A stretch of DNA of 64,000 nt from assembly GCA_902634135.1 (NCBI GenBank), contig CACPJB010000002.1, positions 24-64,023 on the forward strand. The letters run 5' to 3'. The position numbers and the translations under genes are program-made. Positions within the stretch are counted from its first letter, which is position 1. Every line of letters begins with the position of its first letter. Of this stretch, positions 39,232-47,775 are shown piece by piece. This DNA is from an uncultured Marinoscillum sp. (lineage in GTDB: Bacteria; Bacteroidota; Bacteroidia; Cytophagales; MED-G16). The notes under the pieces are model-generated. The model searched no databases. It was not told the origin of the DNA and saw only the letters and a program-made list of their open reading frames with translations.

Positions 39232-40146
39232 ATGGACAAGAATTTTATAAATGTTATTAATGATCACCTTTCAATTTCTTTGAAAAAGGTTAATATAATT
39301 GATGTAAAAAAATCATTTACAATTGATAACTACTATGATATTGATAACACTATAATTTATCCTATATCCGGAAAATTCAGATTTGGAAAATATAAGAAGT
39401 TATTAACTAACGATTCTGCTTTATTTATTCCAGCTCATAATACAGTTTCACTTTCTTTTGGATCAGAAAGAACAAGAACACTGGCCTATGAAGATTTTAT
39501 TGACCAGAAGAGAAAATATTTACGTGAAAATAAAAAGGCAACCTCTAAATCAGATAAGTATCTCATACTTAATTTAGATGCAAAGGCATATGATCTTGTT
39601 AATATATTTCACAGTAAAAATCTGGGAATATCTACTATTGAAAATAACAAATCTTTTATCTACTTATTAAATAGTATAATAAAAGAGGTTTCTAATGATT
39701 TGCCTGGTTCTCAAAAGGTAATGGAGGCAATTACTAATCAAATTGTTTTTGAAGTAATTAGATACATTCTTTCTCAACAGCCTCTTTTTTCAAGTATTGA
39801 AGAAAACTTTAAATTTTTTAATGACGAAAAAATTTTAGATCTATTCTTATTCATTGATGAAAATATTAGTAAAGATTTATCAAACAAAATACTATCTGAC
39901 CATTTGAATATATCTGAGGATTATGTTGGACAATTTTTTAGAAATAATATAGGTTTTTCTCCTCAGGATTATATTGAACACAGGAGAATGGAAAAAGCTA
40001 TAAAAATTTTAAGAGAAAAAACTGACGCAATTAAGGTAATAAGTAATGATGTAGGATTTAAAGACACCGCTTATTTCTGCAGAAGGTTTAAAATGATGTT
40101 TGGTGTTCAGGCAGGAAAAATGAAGAAAAGATTAAACGAAATTTAG
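39232..40146 (+). CDS. AraC-family transcriptional regulator
   Basis: C-terminal double HTH: LS...L...LNISEDY, SP.DYI...R, VGF.D.AYFCR.FK..FG. Confidence 0.88.
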   Translation: MDKNFINVINDHLSISLKKVNIIDVKKSFTIDNYYDIDNTIIYPISGKFRFGKYKKLLTNDSALFIPAHNTVSLSFGSERTRTLAYEDFIDQKRKYLRENKKATSKSDKYLILNLDAKAYDLVNIFHSKNLGISTIENNKSFIYLLNSIIKEVSNDLPGSQKVMEAITNQIVFEVIRYILSQQPLFSSIEENFKFFNDEKILDLFLFIDENISKDLSNKILSDHLNISEDYVGQFFRNNIGFSPQDYIEHRRMEKAIKILREKTDAIKVISNDVGFKDTAYFCRRFKMMFGVQAGKMKKRLNEI

Positions 40147-40475
40147 CTTTTTAAACCTTTTCTCATTTCTTTTTCTATCATTTTTTTTAGTGTTCCAGAT
40201 TTCGATAATTGGAATAGTAGTAAGAAGATAATTAGATAAAAAAGACTAATTATTCCATACCCTAAGAAAGAGCTATCTAAAACAGTGTTGATGTAATTCC
40301 CTAACGATATGCTAGCAAATCCTACAACGAACATTAGTATAAGAAAAAGAATAAAAAAGGATATTAATTTTGAAATTATTGAAGAAATTTTTTCAATTAA
40401 ATCTCCTTTCATACTATCAAATCTTTCTCTTAAGAAAGATGATATTGAATCTATAAGTTTATCTATTTTAATCAT
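40143..40475 (-). CDS. Small two-TM membrane protein (holin-X/DUF1469-like)
   Basis: Amphipathic N-terminus and two TM helices with a G.YI....S..LGY.I pattern. Confidence 0.6.
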   Translation of the reverse strand: MIKIDKLIDSISSFLRERFDSMKGDLIEKISSIISKLISFFILFLILMFVVGFASISLGNYINTVLDSSFLGYGIISLFYLIIFLLLFQLSKSGTLKKMIEKEMRKGLKS

Positions 40476-40508
40476 AACTAAGGTAAAGTTACTTTCTTTT
40501 TTATAATG

Positions 40509-40554
40509 ATGTTAATTTTAATAATTAACATTAAATTAATTAAGAATTTAAGGT
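40509..40554 (+). promoter_or_regulatory. Candidate Pho-box-like repeats upstream of the PiT-like gene
   Basis: TTAACAT 40525 and TTAATTA 40536 (11-bp period); inverted ATGTTAATT/AATTAACAT at 40509/40523. Confidence 0.4.
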
Positions 40555-40583
40555 AGTAAATTTTAAAACTTATATATTCATAT

Positions 40584-41618
40584 ATGAAATTCATAAAGTC
40601 AGATTTATTAATACCCTTTATACTATCAATTGTATGCTTTTTTGCTTATCCATACCCAGAAGTAGCGATGTGGTTAGTTTTTTTTCTTGCTTCATATTCA
40701 GCTATAGCAAATGACAGTATACAAACTATTGGTACTTTTATTGCATCTAATGCTGATAAAAAGTGGTATTATCTCTGGATATATATGGGGTCAATATTTT
40801 TGATAACGGTAACTTATAGTTGGATTAATTATGGAGGTGACATTAGCTACGAAAGGTTAGCTTCAAAAGGTTTAAATGAAGCACCTCAACAATTTAAGTT
40901 TTTACAAGTTTTTGCTCCTGTTGTTCTTCTTATTTTAACAAGATTTAGAATGCCAGTTTCAACTTCAATTTTGTTGTTAAGTGCATTTGCTACACAGGCT
41001 AGTTCTATTACAAGTATTCTCCAAAAAAGCTTTTTTGGATATTTTATTGCTTTTGCACTTGCAATTATTGTTTGGCTTTTAACTACAAATCTTTTTGAAA
41101 AATATAAAAACCACAAACCATCTAAATTATGGCTGCCATTACAGTGGATATCAAGTGGCGCTTTATGGTCTACTTGGATTATGCAGGATATGGCAAATGT
41201 TGCAGTTGTATTACCTCGATCTTTAACCTTAGATCAGTTTTTAGTAGTAAGTTCATTCATTTTCTTTGGTCTAGGTTTATTATTTTATCTGAGAGGAGAT
41301 AGAATTCAAAAAATTGTTACTGAAAAAACAGATATAATTGATGTGAGAGCAGCTACAGTTGTTGATTTTATATACGCCTGTCTTTTATATTATCTTAAAG
41401 TAATTAGCACTATTCCAATAAGTACTACATGGGTTTTTATAGGCCTTTTAGGTGGTAGAGAATTAGCCATAAATATAAAATTGTACTCAAAAGGCAATTA
41501 TATAAAAGCATTAAAAATGATTTCTAAAGATGCGCTATATGCTGGAATTGGACTCGCTGTATCTTTAGCATTAGCTTTATCTATTAATGAAAATATGAGA
41601 GATCAATTGTTTAATTAA
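40584..41618 (+). CDS. Membrane protein distantly related to PiT/PHO4 inorganic phosphate transporters
   Basis: Two internal repeats with PiT-like motifs: ANDSIQT.GT...MPVSTS and QD.AN...PISTT. Confidence 0.65.
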   Translation: MKFIKSDLLIPFILSIVCFFAYPYPEVAMWLVFFLASYSAIANDSIQTIGTFIASNADKKWYYLWIYMGSIFLITVTYSWINYGGDISYERLASKGLNEAPQQFKFLQVFAPVVLLILTRFRMPVSTSILLLSAFATQASSITSILQKSFFGYFIAFALAIIVWLLTTNLFEKYKNHKPSKLWLPLQWISSGALWSTWIMQDMANVAVVLPRSLTLDQFLVVSSFIFFGLGLLFYLRGDRIQKIVTEKTDIIDVRAATVVDFIYACLLYYLKVISTIPISTTWVFIGLLGGRELAINIKLYSKGNYIKALKMISKDALYAGIGLAVSLALALSINENMRDQLFN

Positions 41619-42108
41619 TTTTAATTTTTTCAGGAATTATAATTGCATTTGGAAAGAGTTTTTTAAACCTTTGATACTCTTCATTTACTTTAAATCTATC
41701 AGTATACTGACCAATTTTCACTCTATAATTTGGCTGAGTAAAAACTGTATTCTTAAATATAAGACTATCAATTTCACTTATTTTCTCTTCAGTTTCTTCT
41801 GCTTTATTTCTATCACCTCCTAAATAAAGTTGTATGGTATATCCATCTATATAATTAATATTTTCACTTTCACTTCTAATAATTTGAATGATACTATCTA
41901 ACTCTGATTTTATATTATTTTTGACTTGATCTGATAATATTATTTTTTCTTCTTTTACAAAATTTTTGGGTTTTTCTTGAGATCTTAAAATTGAGAGATC
42001 TTCATAATATCCTCTTTCTTCTTTCTTGGATGTAATTGTTTTTTGAGTGCTGCAAGAAAAAATGATAGCAAAAGAAAGAAAGTAAATTAATCCTCTATTA
42101 TCACACAT
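41611..42108 (-). CDS. SPOR-domain lipoprotein
   Basis: Lipobox IFSC; GYTIQLY.G.DR..A, F.QPNYRVK.G, FPNA.I.P. Exact start uncertain. Confidence 0.8.
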   Translation of the reverse strand: MCDNRGLIYFLSFAIIFSCSTQKTITSKKEERGYYEDLSILRSQEKPKNFVKEEKIILSDQVKNNIKSELDSIIQIIRSESENINYIDGYTIQLYLGGDRNKAEETEEKISEIDSLIFKNTVFTQPNYRVKIGQYTDRFKVNEEYQRFKKLFPNAIIIPEKIKIN

Positions 42109-45100
42109 TTCTCTTGGTTTATATCATTTTCAACCTTCTTGAATTTTATATCTTTTTTGATTGATCCGTCAGCATATTTTACAGAAACTCTTGAATTTCT
42201 TCCATATGTTTTATCAGATCTGATAGGTTTTGTTTTCTCAACAGCTGATGTTCTGTTCCCAGTTAATAAAGACCTTGATTCTTCTTTGTTTGTTTGGTAA
42301 GACTCTTTCTTACTTGCCGAACTTTTATTTTCTTGAACTTGACTAGGGTTTTGAACCGGAATCAAACACTTTGTCAAAAATGAAACTGTGTCTTGATTAA
42401 CTTTTGCTATAAACTTCTTAAACAATTCAAAGCCTTCAAATTTATAAATTACTAATGGATCTTTTTGTTCGTAGACTGCACTTTGAACTGACTGTTTAAG
42501 GTCATCCATCTCTCTTAAGTGTTCTTTCCAGTTAAAATCTATCATTCCAAGTGAAACAATTTTTTGCATCTCTTCAATTATACTTTTCCCTTCATCTTCA
42601 ATCACATCATCTAAATTAATTGATACTCCAATTTGTCTTGATCCATCAGTAAATGGAATAAGTACATCCTTGACAACAGCCCCTCTTTCTTTTTTTATTT
42701 TTTTGATTATTGGCATTGCAGCAGAAATAATGCTAGTATTCTTTTTTTCATAATTTTCAATAACCTTCACATATAACCTTTCAGTTATTAAAGAACTATC
42801 ATTTTTAAAGAAATCTTCATTCGAAAAGTCATTAAAGTCTAGACCTAAAATAGTCAATACATTAAGTCTGAAATCATCATAGTTTTCAGAACCTTTGGTT
42901 GTTAATACTATATCTTCACAAGTATCGTACAACATATTTAATATGTCTACATCAAGTCTTTCTCCATTAATAGCATTCCTTCTCTTTTTATAAATTACTT
43001 CTCTTTGTGAATTCATTACATTATCGTACTCTAGTAATCTTTTTCTGATGGCGAAATTATTTTCTTCTACCTTTTTTTGTGCTCTCTCTATAGATTTTGT
43101 GATCATGCTGTGTTGGATAACTTCATCTTCATCCATATTCATTCTATCCATGACCTTAATCATTCTGTCTGAACCAAATAATCTCATCAGGTTATCCTCT
43201 AAAGAAACAAAAAACTGAGACGAACCAACATCTCCTTGCCTTCCAGATCTACCTCTTAGCTGTCTATCTACTCTCCTTGACTCATGTCTTTCTGTTCCAA
43301 TAATAGCAAGTCCACCACTTCCTCTGGAATCTTCAGTAAGCTTAATATCAGTCCCTCTACCGGCCATATTTGTAGCAATAGTTACTGTTCCAGGCTTACC
43401 AGCTTCAGCTACTACATCCGCTTCTTTTGAATGTTGTTTAGCGTTTAATACCTGATGAGAGATTTTTTTCATATTTAGCATTCTGCTTAAGAGTTCAGAA
43501 ATTTCTACAGATGTTGTTCCTACTAGGATTGGTCTTCCATTATTTTTTAATTCAATTATCTCGTCAATAACTGCATTAAATTTTGCTTTTAATGTCTTGT
43601 AGACTTTATCCTCCATGTCAGACCTTACTATACCTCTATTAGTAGGGATTACCACACAATCTAATTTGTAAATTTCCCAGAATTCTCCAGCTTCTGTCTC
43701 AGCTGTACCAGTCATCCCAGATAATTTATTATACATTCTAAAATAATTTTGGAGTGTAATAGTTGCGTATGTTTGAGAGGCATCTTCAATTTTCACATTT
43801 TCTTTAGCTTCTATTGCCTGATGAAGTCCATCTGAATATCTTCTGCCTTCCATAATTCTTCCAGTCTGCTCGTCAACAATTTTTACCTTTGAGTCCATTA
43901 CTACATACTCTTGATCTTTCTCAAACATGGAGTAAGCTTTTAAAAGTTGATTGATAGTATGAATTCTTTTAGTTTTTACACTATAGTCTTGAATTATTTT
44001 TTCTTTTTCTTTTGCTATTTCATCTATTGGTTTTTCTGAATTTTCTAGTTTATTTATATCTACCCCAATATCAGGTACTATGAAAAAGTTACTATCATCT
44101 CCTGAGCTAGTTATATTATCTGTCCCTTTTTCAGTAAGTTGAATGCTATTACTTTTTTCTTCGATAGTAAAGTAAAGAGGCTCATCGGCTTCTGGCATCA
44201 ACTTTGAATTATCTTGTAAGTAATAGTTTTCAGTTTTTTGCATTATAGCCTTAGTACCTATCTCACTTAAATATTTTATGAGAGGCTTATATTTTGGTAA
44301 TCCCCTATGTGCTCTAAATAATGAAAGGCCACCTTCTGCCTCATTGCCTTCAGATATTAATTTTTTTGCTTCTGCTAGGTATTGGGTTACCAGTTTTTTT
44401 TGTAGGTCAAATAATTTCTGAACTCTAGGCTTTAATTCAAAAAACTCATGATCATCCCCTCTTGGAACAGGCCCAGAAATAATAAGTGGTGTTCTAGCTT
44501 CATCAATAAGAACTGAGTCTACTTCATCAACCATGGCAAAATTATGTTCTCTTTGAACTAATTCACCCTTCTCTCTAACCATATTATCTCTTAAATAATC
44601 AAAACCAAATTCATTATTAGTGCCATAGGTAATATCTGCATTATATGCATTTATCCTATCTTTTGAATTAGACTCATGTTTATCTATGCAGTCAACTCTT
44701 AGTCCGTGAAATTCGAATATTGGAGCATTCCATTCTGCGTCTCTTTTAGCTAAGTAGTCATTTACCGTCACTATATGGACACCTCTTTCTGAAAGAGCAT
44801 TTAAATATGCTGGAAGTGTAGCAACCAATGTTTTCCCTTCACCTGTTGCCATTTCTGAAATTTTCCCTTGATGTAAAACAACTCCGCCAATTAATTGTAC
44901 ATCATAATGAATCATATTCCACTTAATATCAACTCCAGCAGCAGACCACTCATTATACCAAACAGCTTTAGATCCATCAATTTCAATATTATCTTTCTTA
45001 CTTGCTAATTCTCTGTCGAAGTCTGAAGCGGTAACTTCCAAACTTTCGTTTTCTGTAAACCTTCTGGCTGTTTCCTTTACAACTGCAAATGCTTCTGGTA

Positions 45101-45419
45101 AAAGTTCATCAAGAGTTTTTTCTATAATTTCTTTTTGTGATTCCTTAAGGGAATCTATTTCATTTAGAATATTTTCTTTTTCAGACAATGAACCTTCTGA
45201 TTTTTTATATTTTTCTCTTAGATTATCAATTACTTGATCAGACTCTTTAAGATTATTTTGAATTATTTCTTTAAACTCAAAAGTCTTATTTCTTAACTCA
45301 TCATCTGATATGTTTTTAAGTTTATCAAATTCTGAATTGATTTTATCGACCATAGGATAAAGATCTTTAAGATCTTTATCTGACTTTGAACCTAAAATAT
45401 TTTTAAGAAATCCAAACAT
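42087..45419 (-). CDS. secA: Protein translocase subunit SecA
   Basis: EMATGEGKT, VTVNDYLA, DEVDS.LIDEARTPLIISG, ATNMAGRGTDI, QLRGRSGRQGD. Confidence 0.98.
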   Translation of the reverse strand: MFGFLKNILGSKSDKDLKDLYPMVDKINSEFDKLKNISDDELRNKTFEFKEIIQNNLKESDQVIDNLREKYKKSEGSLSEKENILNEIDSLKESQKEIIEKTLDELLPEAFAVVKETARRFTENESLEVTASDFDRELASKKDNIEIDGSKAVWYNEWSAAGVDIKWNMIHYDVQLIGGVVLHQGKISEMATGEGKTLVATLPAYLNALSERGVHIVTVNDYLAKRDAEWNAPIFEFHGLRVDCIDKHESNSKDRINAYNADITYGTNNEFGFDYLRDNMVREKGELVQREHNFAMVDEVDSVLIDEARTPLIISGPVPRGDDHEFFELKPRVQKLFDLQKKLVTQYLAEAKKLISEGNEAEGGLSLFRAHRGLPKYKPLIKYLSEIGTKAIMQKTENYYLQDNSKLMPEADEPLYFTIEEKSNSIQLTEKGTDNITSSGDDSNFFIVPDIGVDINKLENSEKPIDEIAKEKEKIIQDYSVKTKRIHTINQLLKAYSMFEKDQEYVVMDSKVKIVDEQTGRIMEGRRYSDGLHQAIEAKENVKIEDASQTYATITLQNYFRMYNKLSGMTGTAETEAGEFWEIYKLDCVVIPTNRGIVRSDMEDKVYKTLKAKFNAVIDEIIELKNNGRPILVGTTSVEISELLSRMLNMKKISHQVLNAKQHSKEADVVAEAGKPGTVTIATNMAGRGTDIKLTEDSRGSGGLAIIGTERHESRRVDRQLRGRSGRQGDVGSSQFFVSLEDNLMRLFGSDRMIKVMDRMNMDEDEVIQHSMITKSIERAQKKVEENNFAIRKRLLEYDNVMNSQREVIYKKRRNAINGERLDVDILNMLYDTCEDIVLTTKGSENYDDFRLNVLTILGLDFNDFSNEDFFKNDSSLITERLYVKVIENYEKKNTSIISAAMPIIKKIKKERGAVVKDVLIPFTDGSRQIGVSINLDDVIEDEGKSIIEEMQKIVSLGMIDFNWKEHLREMDDLKQSVQSAVYEQKDPLVIYKFEGFELFKKFIAKVNQDTVSFLTKCLIPVQNPSQVQENKSSASKKESYQTNKEESRSLLTGNRTSAVEKTKPIRSDKTYGRNSRVSVKYADGSIKKDIKFKKVENDINQEKCVIIED

Positions 45420-45494
45420 TTAATTAAATTTTAATTCAAATTTAACAATTCTGTAATCAGTTATATTTAAATCGTTTATTATAATTGCGAAATT

Positions 45495-46505
45495 ATGAAA
45501 AAATATCTACTTATTTTATTTGTTAGTATAGGCTGTAATTTCTCAAATATTGATTATTCAAAAATAAATATAATTTCCTCTTTAGTACAGACCGAAAAAG
45601 TTGAAAGAGATATTGATGATCCAGCAATTTGGTATAACAAAACTAACCCTTCGGAAAGTTTAATTATTGGTACTCAAAAAGATGAAAATGGGGCTTTGGT
45701 TGTATATGGATTAGATGGAAAGATTGATAAAAATAAAACTATATATAACTTATCTAGACCTAATAATGTTGACGTCATTTACAATGTTAATTTTGGTGAT
45801 GATACAATTGATATAGTAGTCACTACAGAAAGATTTAAAAATAATTTAAGAATTTTTTCATTACCAGATATGCGAGAATTAGACGGTGGAGGACTTAGAG
45901 TTTTTGAAAATGAAAAAAATCCAGAACCTATGGGAGTTGCATTATGGAAGGATGATGAAGGTAATGTTCATGCAATTATTGGGAAAAAAACTGGAAAATC
46001 AGGTGAATATATAAACCAATACAAATTGAATTTTGATGAAGATAAATTCAGATTAATTTATCAGAGAAGTTTTGGTGAATTTTCTGGGAAAAATGAAATT
46101 GAAGCGATAGCTGTAGATAAGAAAAAGAATATTGTTTATTATTCTGATGAAGGTTTTGGCGTTAGAGCATATTACGCTAATCCACTTTTAGGAAATCAAG
46201 AAATATTAACATTTGCTAATAATTTTGTGGGGGATCAAGAAGGTATAAGTGTTGTTTATAAGGATGGAAAGAATTTTGTTATTGTCTCTGACCAACAAGA
46301 AGTAAATCAATTTAGAATTTTCTCTCCTGAAGATGACTACAACGAGATAGGTAATTTCTATGTTAACTGCATTGATTCAGATGGATCTGAATTTCATCCT
46401 GGCCCATTTCCTGAACCATTTCAAGATGGATTATTTGTGGCGATGAGTGATGATTTATCATTTCATTATTACTCATGGGCTCAGATTAAGAGTGAATTTC
46501 AATAA
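45495..46505 (+). CDS. Beta-propeller phytase (3-phytase), lipoprotein
   Basis: Lipobox IGC; DDPAIW, IIGT.K, R.NNVD, EIEAIAVD, YYSDE, D.EG, SDG.E, GLFVAM.D. Confidence 0.9.
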   Translation: MKKYLLILFVSIGCNFSNIDYSKINIISSLVQTEKVERDIDDPAIWYNKTNPSESLIIGTQKDENGALVVYGLDGKIDKNKTIYNLSRPNNVDVIYNVNFGDDTIDIVVTTERFKNNLRIFSLPDMRELDGGGLRVFENEKNPEPMGVALWKDDEGNVHAIIGKKTGKSGEYINQYKLNFDEDKFRLIYQRSFGEFSGKNEIEAIAVDKKKNIVYYSDEGFGVRAYYANPLLGNQEILTFANNFVGDQEGISVVYKDGKNFVIVSDQQEVNQFRIFSPEDDYNEIGNFYVNCIDSDGSEFHPGPFPEPFQDGLFVAMSDDLSFHYYSWAQIKSEFQ

Positions 46506-46549
46506 AATAAAATTTAGACCAAGAAAATTTTAAAAATTTAAAAATAGAC

Positions 46550-46557
46550 TATATTTG
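46550..46557 (+). promoter_or_regulatory. -7 promoter element for rplS
   Basis: TATATTTG, 18 nt upstream of the ATG. Confidence 0.65.
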
Positions 46558-46575
46558 CACACCTAAAAAATAACA

Positions 46576-46929
46576 ATGGCAACAGCTGATATTAATCTAA
46601 GTAAGGAGAATAAAGAACTAAGCAAGAGCTTTCCTGATTTTAGTGCTGGTGATACTATTAATGTCCATGTAAAAATTAGAGAAGGTAATAAAGAAAGAAT
46701 ACAGCAGTTTCAAGGTACAGTACTACAAAGGAAAAATGTAGGCTCAAACGGAGAAACTTTTACTGTTAGAAAAATTTCAGATTCAATTGCTGTAGAAAAA
46801 ATTATGCCAATATTTTCTCCTAATATTGAAAAAATTGAAGTTCTTAGAAGAGGGAAGGTAAGAAGAGCTAGAATTTTCTATTTAAGAAAAAGAAAAGGTA
46901 AGAACGCTAAGATCAAAGAAAAAATTTAA
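46576..46929 (+). CDS. rplS: 50S ribosomal protein L19
   Basis: [37 protein letters not shown]. Confidence 0.97.
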   Translation: MATADINLSKENKELSKSFPDFSAGDTINVHVKIREGNKERIQQFQGTVLQRKNVGSNGETFTVRKISDSIAVEKIMPIFSPNIEKIEVLRRGKVRRARIFYLRKRKGKNAKIKEKI

Positions 46930-46933
46930 TTTT

Positions 46934-46960
46934 AAACCTATCAATTTGATAGGTTTTTTT
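46934..46960 (+). terminator. Intrinsic terminator after rplS
   Basis: AAACCTATCA-att-TGATAGGTTT followed by a T run. Confidence 0.8.
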
Positions 46961-47728
46961 ATGCAAATTAAATACTATAAATATCAATCCTCCGGAAATA
47001 GCTTTGTGTTAATAGATAACCTAAATGTAAAGCCGCTTTCTAATCAAGTTATATCAAAAATTATATCAACTAATGAAGTAAGGGACTCTGATGGTCTTCT
47101 CTTATTATATCCATCTGAAAAATTTGATTTTAAGTTAATCTTTTTTAATCCCGATGGTTCAAAAAGCTTTTGTGGAAATGGGAGTATCTGTTCGGTGCAT
47201 TATCTTAAATCAAAAAATTTAATTAAAAATCAGTGTTCTTTCCAATCATATGGAAAAAAATATAACGCAATAATAGATCCAGAAATCAAAATAAAAATGG
47301 TCGATATATCAAAGATAAAAAAAATCAATAATGGTTATTTTGTTAATTCTGGAGCTCCTCATTATGTTGAGTTTGTTGATGACTTAAATAAAGTTGATAT
47401 TATACAAGAAGTAACTAAAATAAAATCTTCTAAGTTTTATGACAACTTACCTTGTAACATAAATTTTATACAAAAAGAAAATAATTTAATCTATATAAGA
47501 ACATTTGAGAAAGGTGTTGAGAGAGAAACTTTAAGTTGTGGTACAGGAGCTGTTGCTTCTTCCGTTGTGTGTTCAAAGATATTTGAAGATAATTTTCCTT
47601 TGATAAAAGCAAGAGGGGGAAATCTTCGTGTGAATTATAAAAAAAAGAGGGATTTATTTTATGATATAACCCTTTCATCTAATCCTTTGATGGAATATAA
47701 TTCGTATTTAAAAATAATGTCTTCTTAA
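46961..47728 (+). CDS. dapF: Diaminopimelate epimerase
   Basis: KY...GN.FV, FN.DGS..FCGNG, G.PH.V, N.NF, RT.E.GVE.ETL.CGTG. ATG 46961 preferred because TTG 46946 is inside the terminator. Confidence 0.9.
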   Translation: MQIKYYKYQSSGNSFVLIDNLNVKPLSNQVISKIISTNEVRDSDGLLLLYPSEKFDFKLIFFNPDGSKSFCGNGSICSVHYLKSKNLIKNQCSFQSYGKKYNAIIDPEIKIKMVDISKIKKINNGYFVNSGAPHYVEFVDDLNKVDIIQEVTKIKSSKFYDNLPCNINFIQKENNLIYIRTFEKGVERETLSCGTGAVASSVVCSKIFEDNFPLIKARGGNLRVNYKKKRDLFYDITLSSNPLMEYNSYLKIMSS

Positions 47729-47758
47729 TATTAGCTTAATATCTGAATTATAAGTTTG
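47725..47758 (+). promoter_or_regulatory. 11-bp direct repeat plus -7 promoter for the TonB-dependent receptor
   Basis: TTAATAT at 47725 and 47736, then TAAGTTTG at 47751-47758. Confidence 0.6.
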
Positions 47759-47775
47759 TCAAAAAATTTATAATT

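Noticed and set aside
40143-40475. Holin-like gene as a prophage marker
   Set aside because: The family is a common chromosomal Bacteroidota membrane protein, and no phage genes are nearby.
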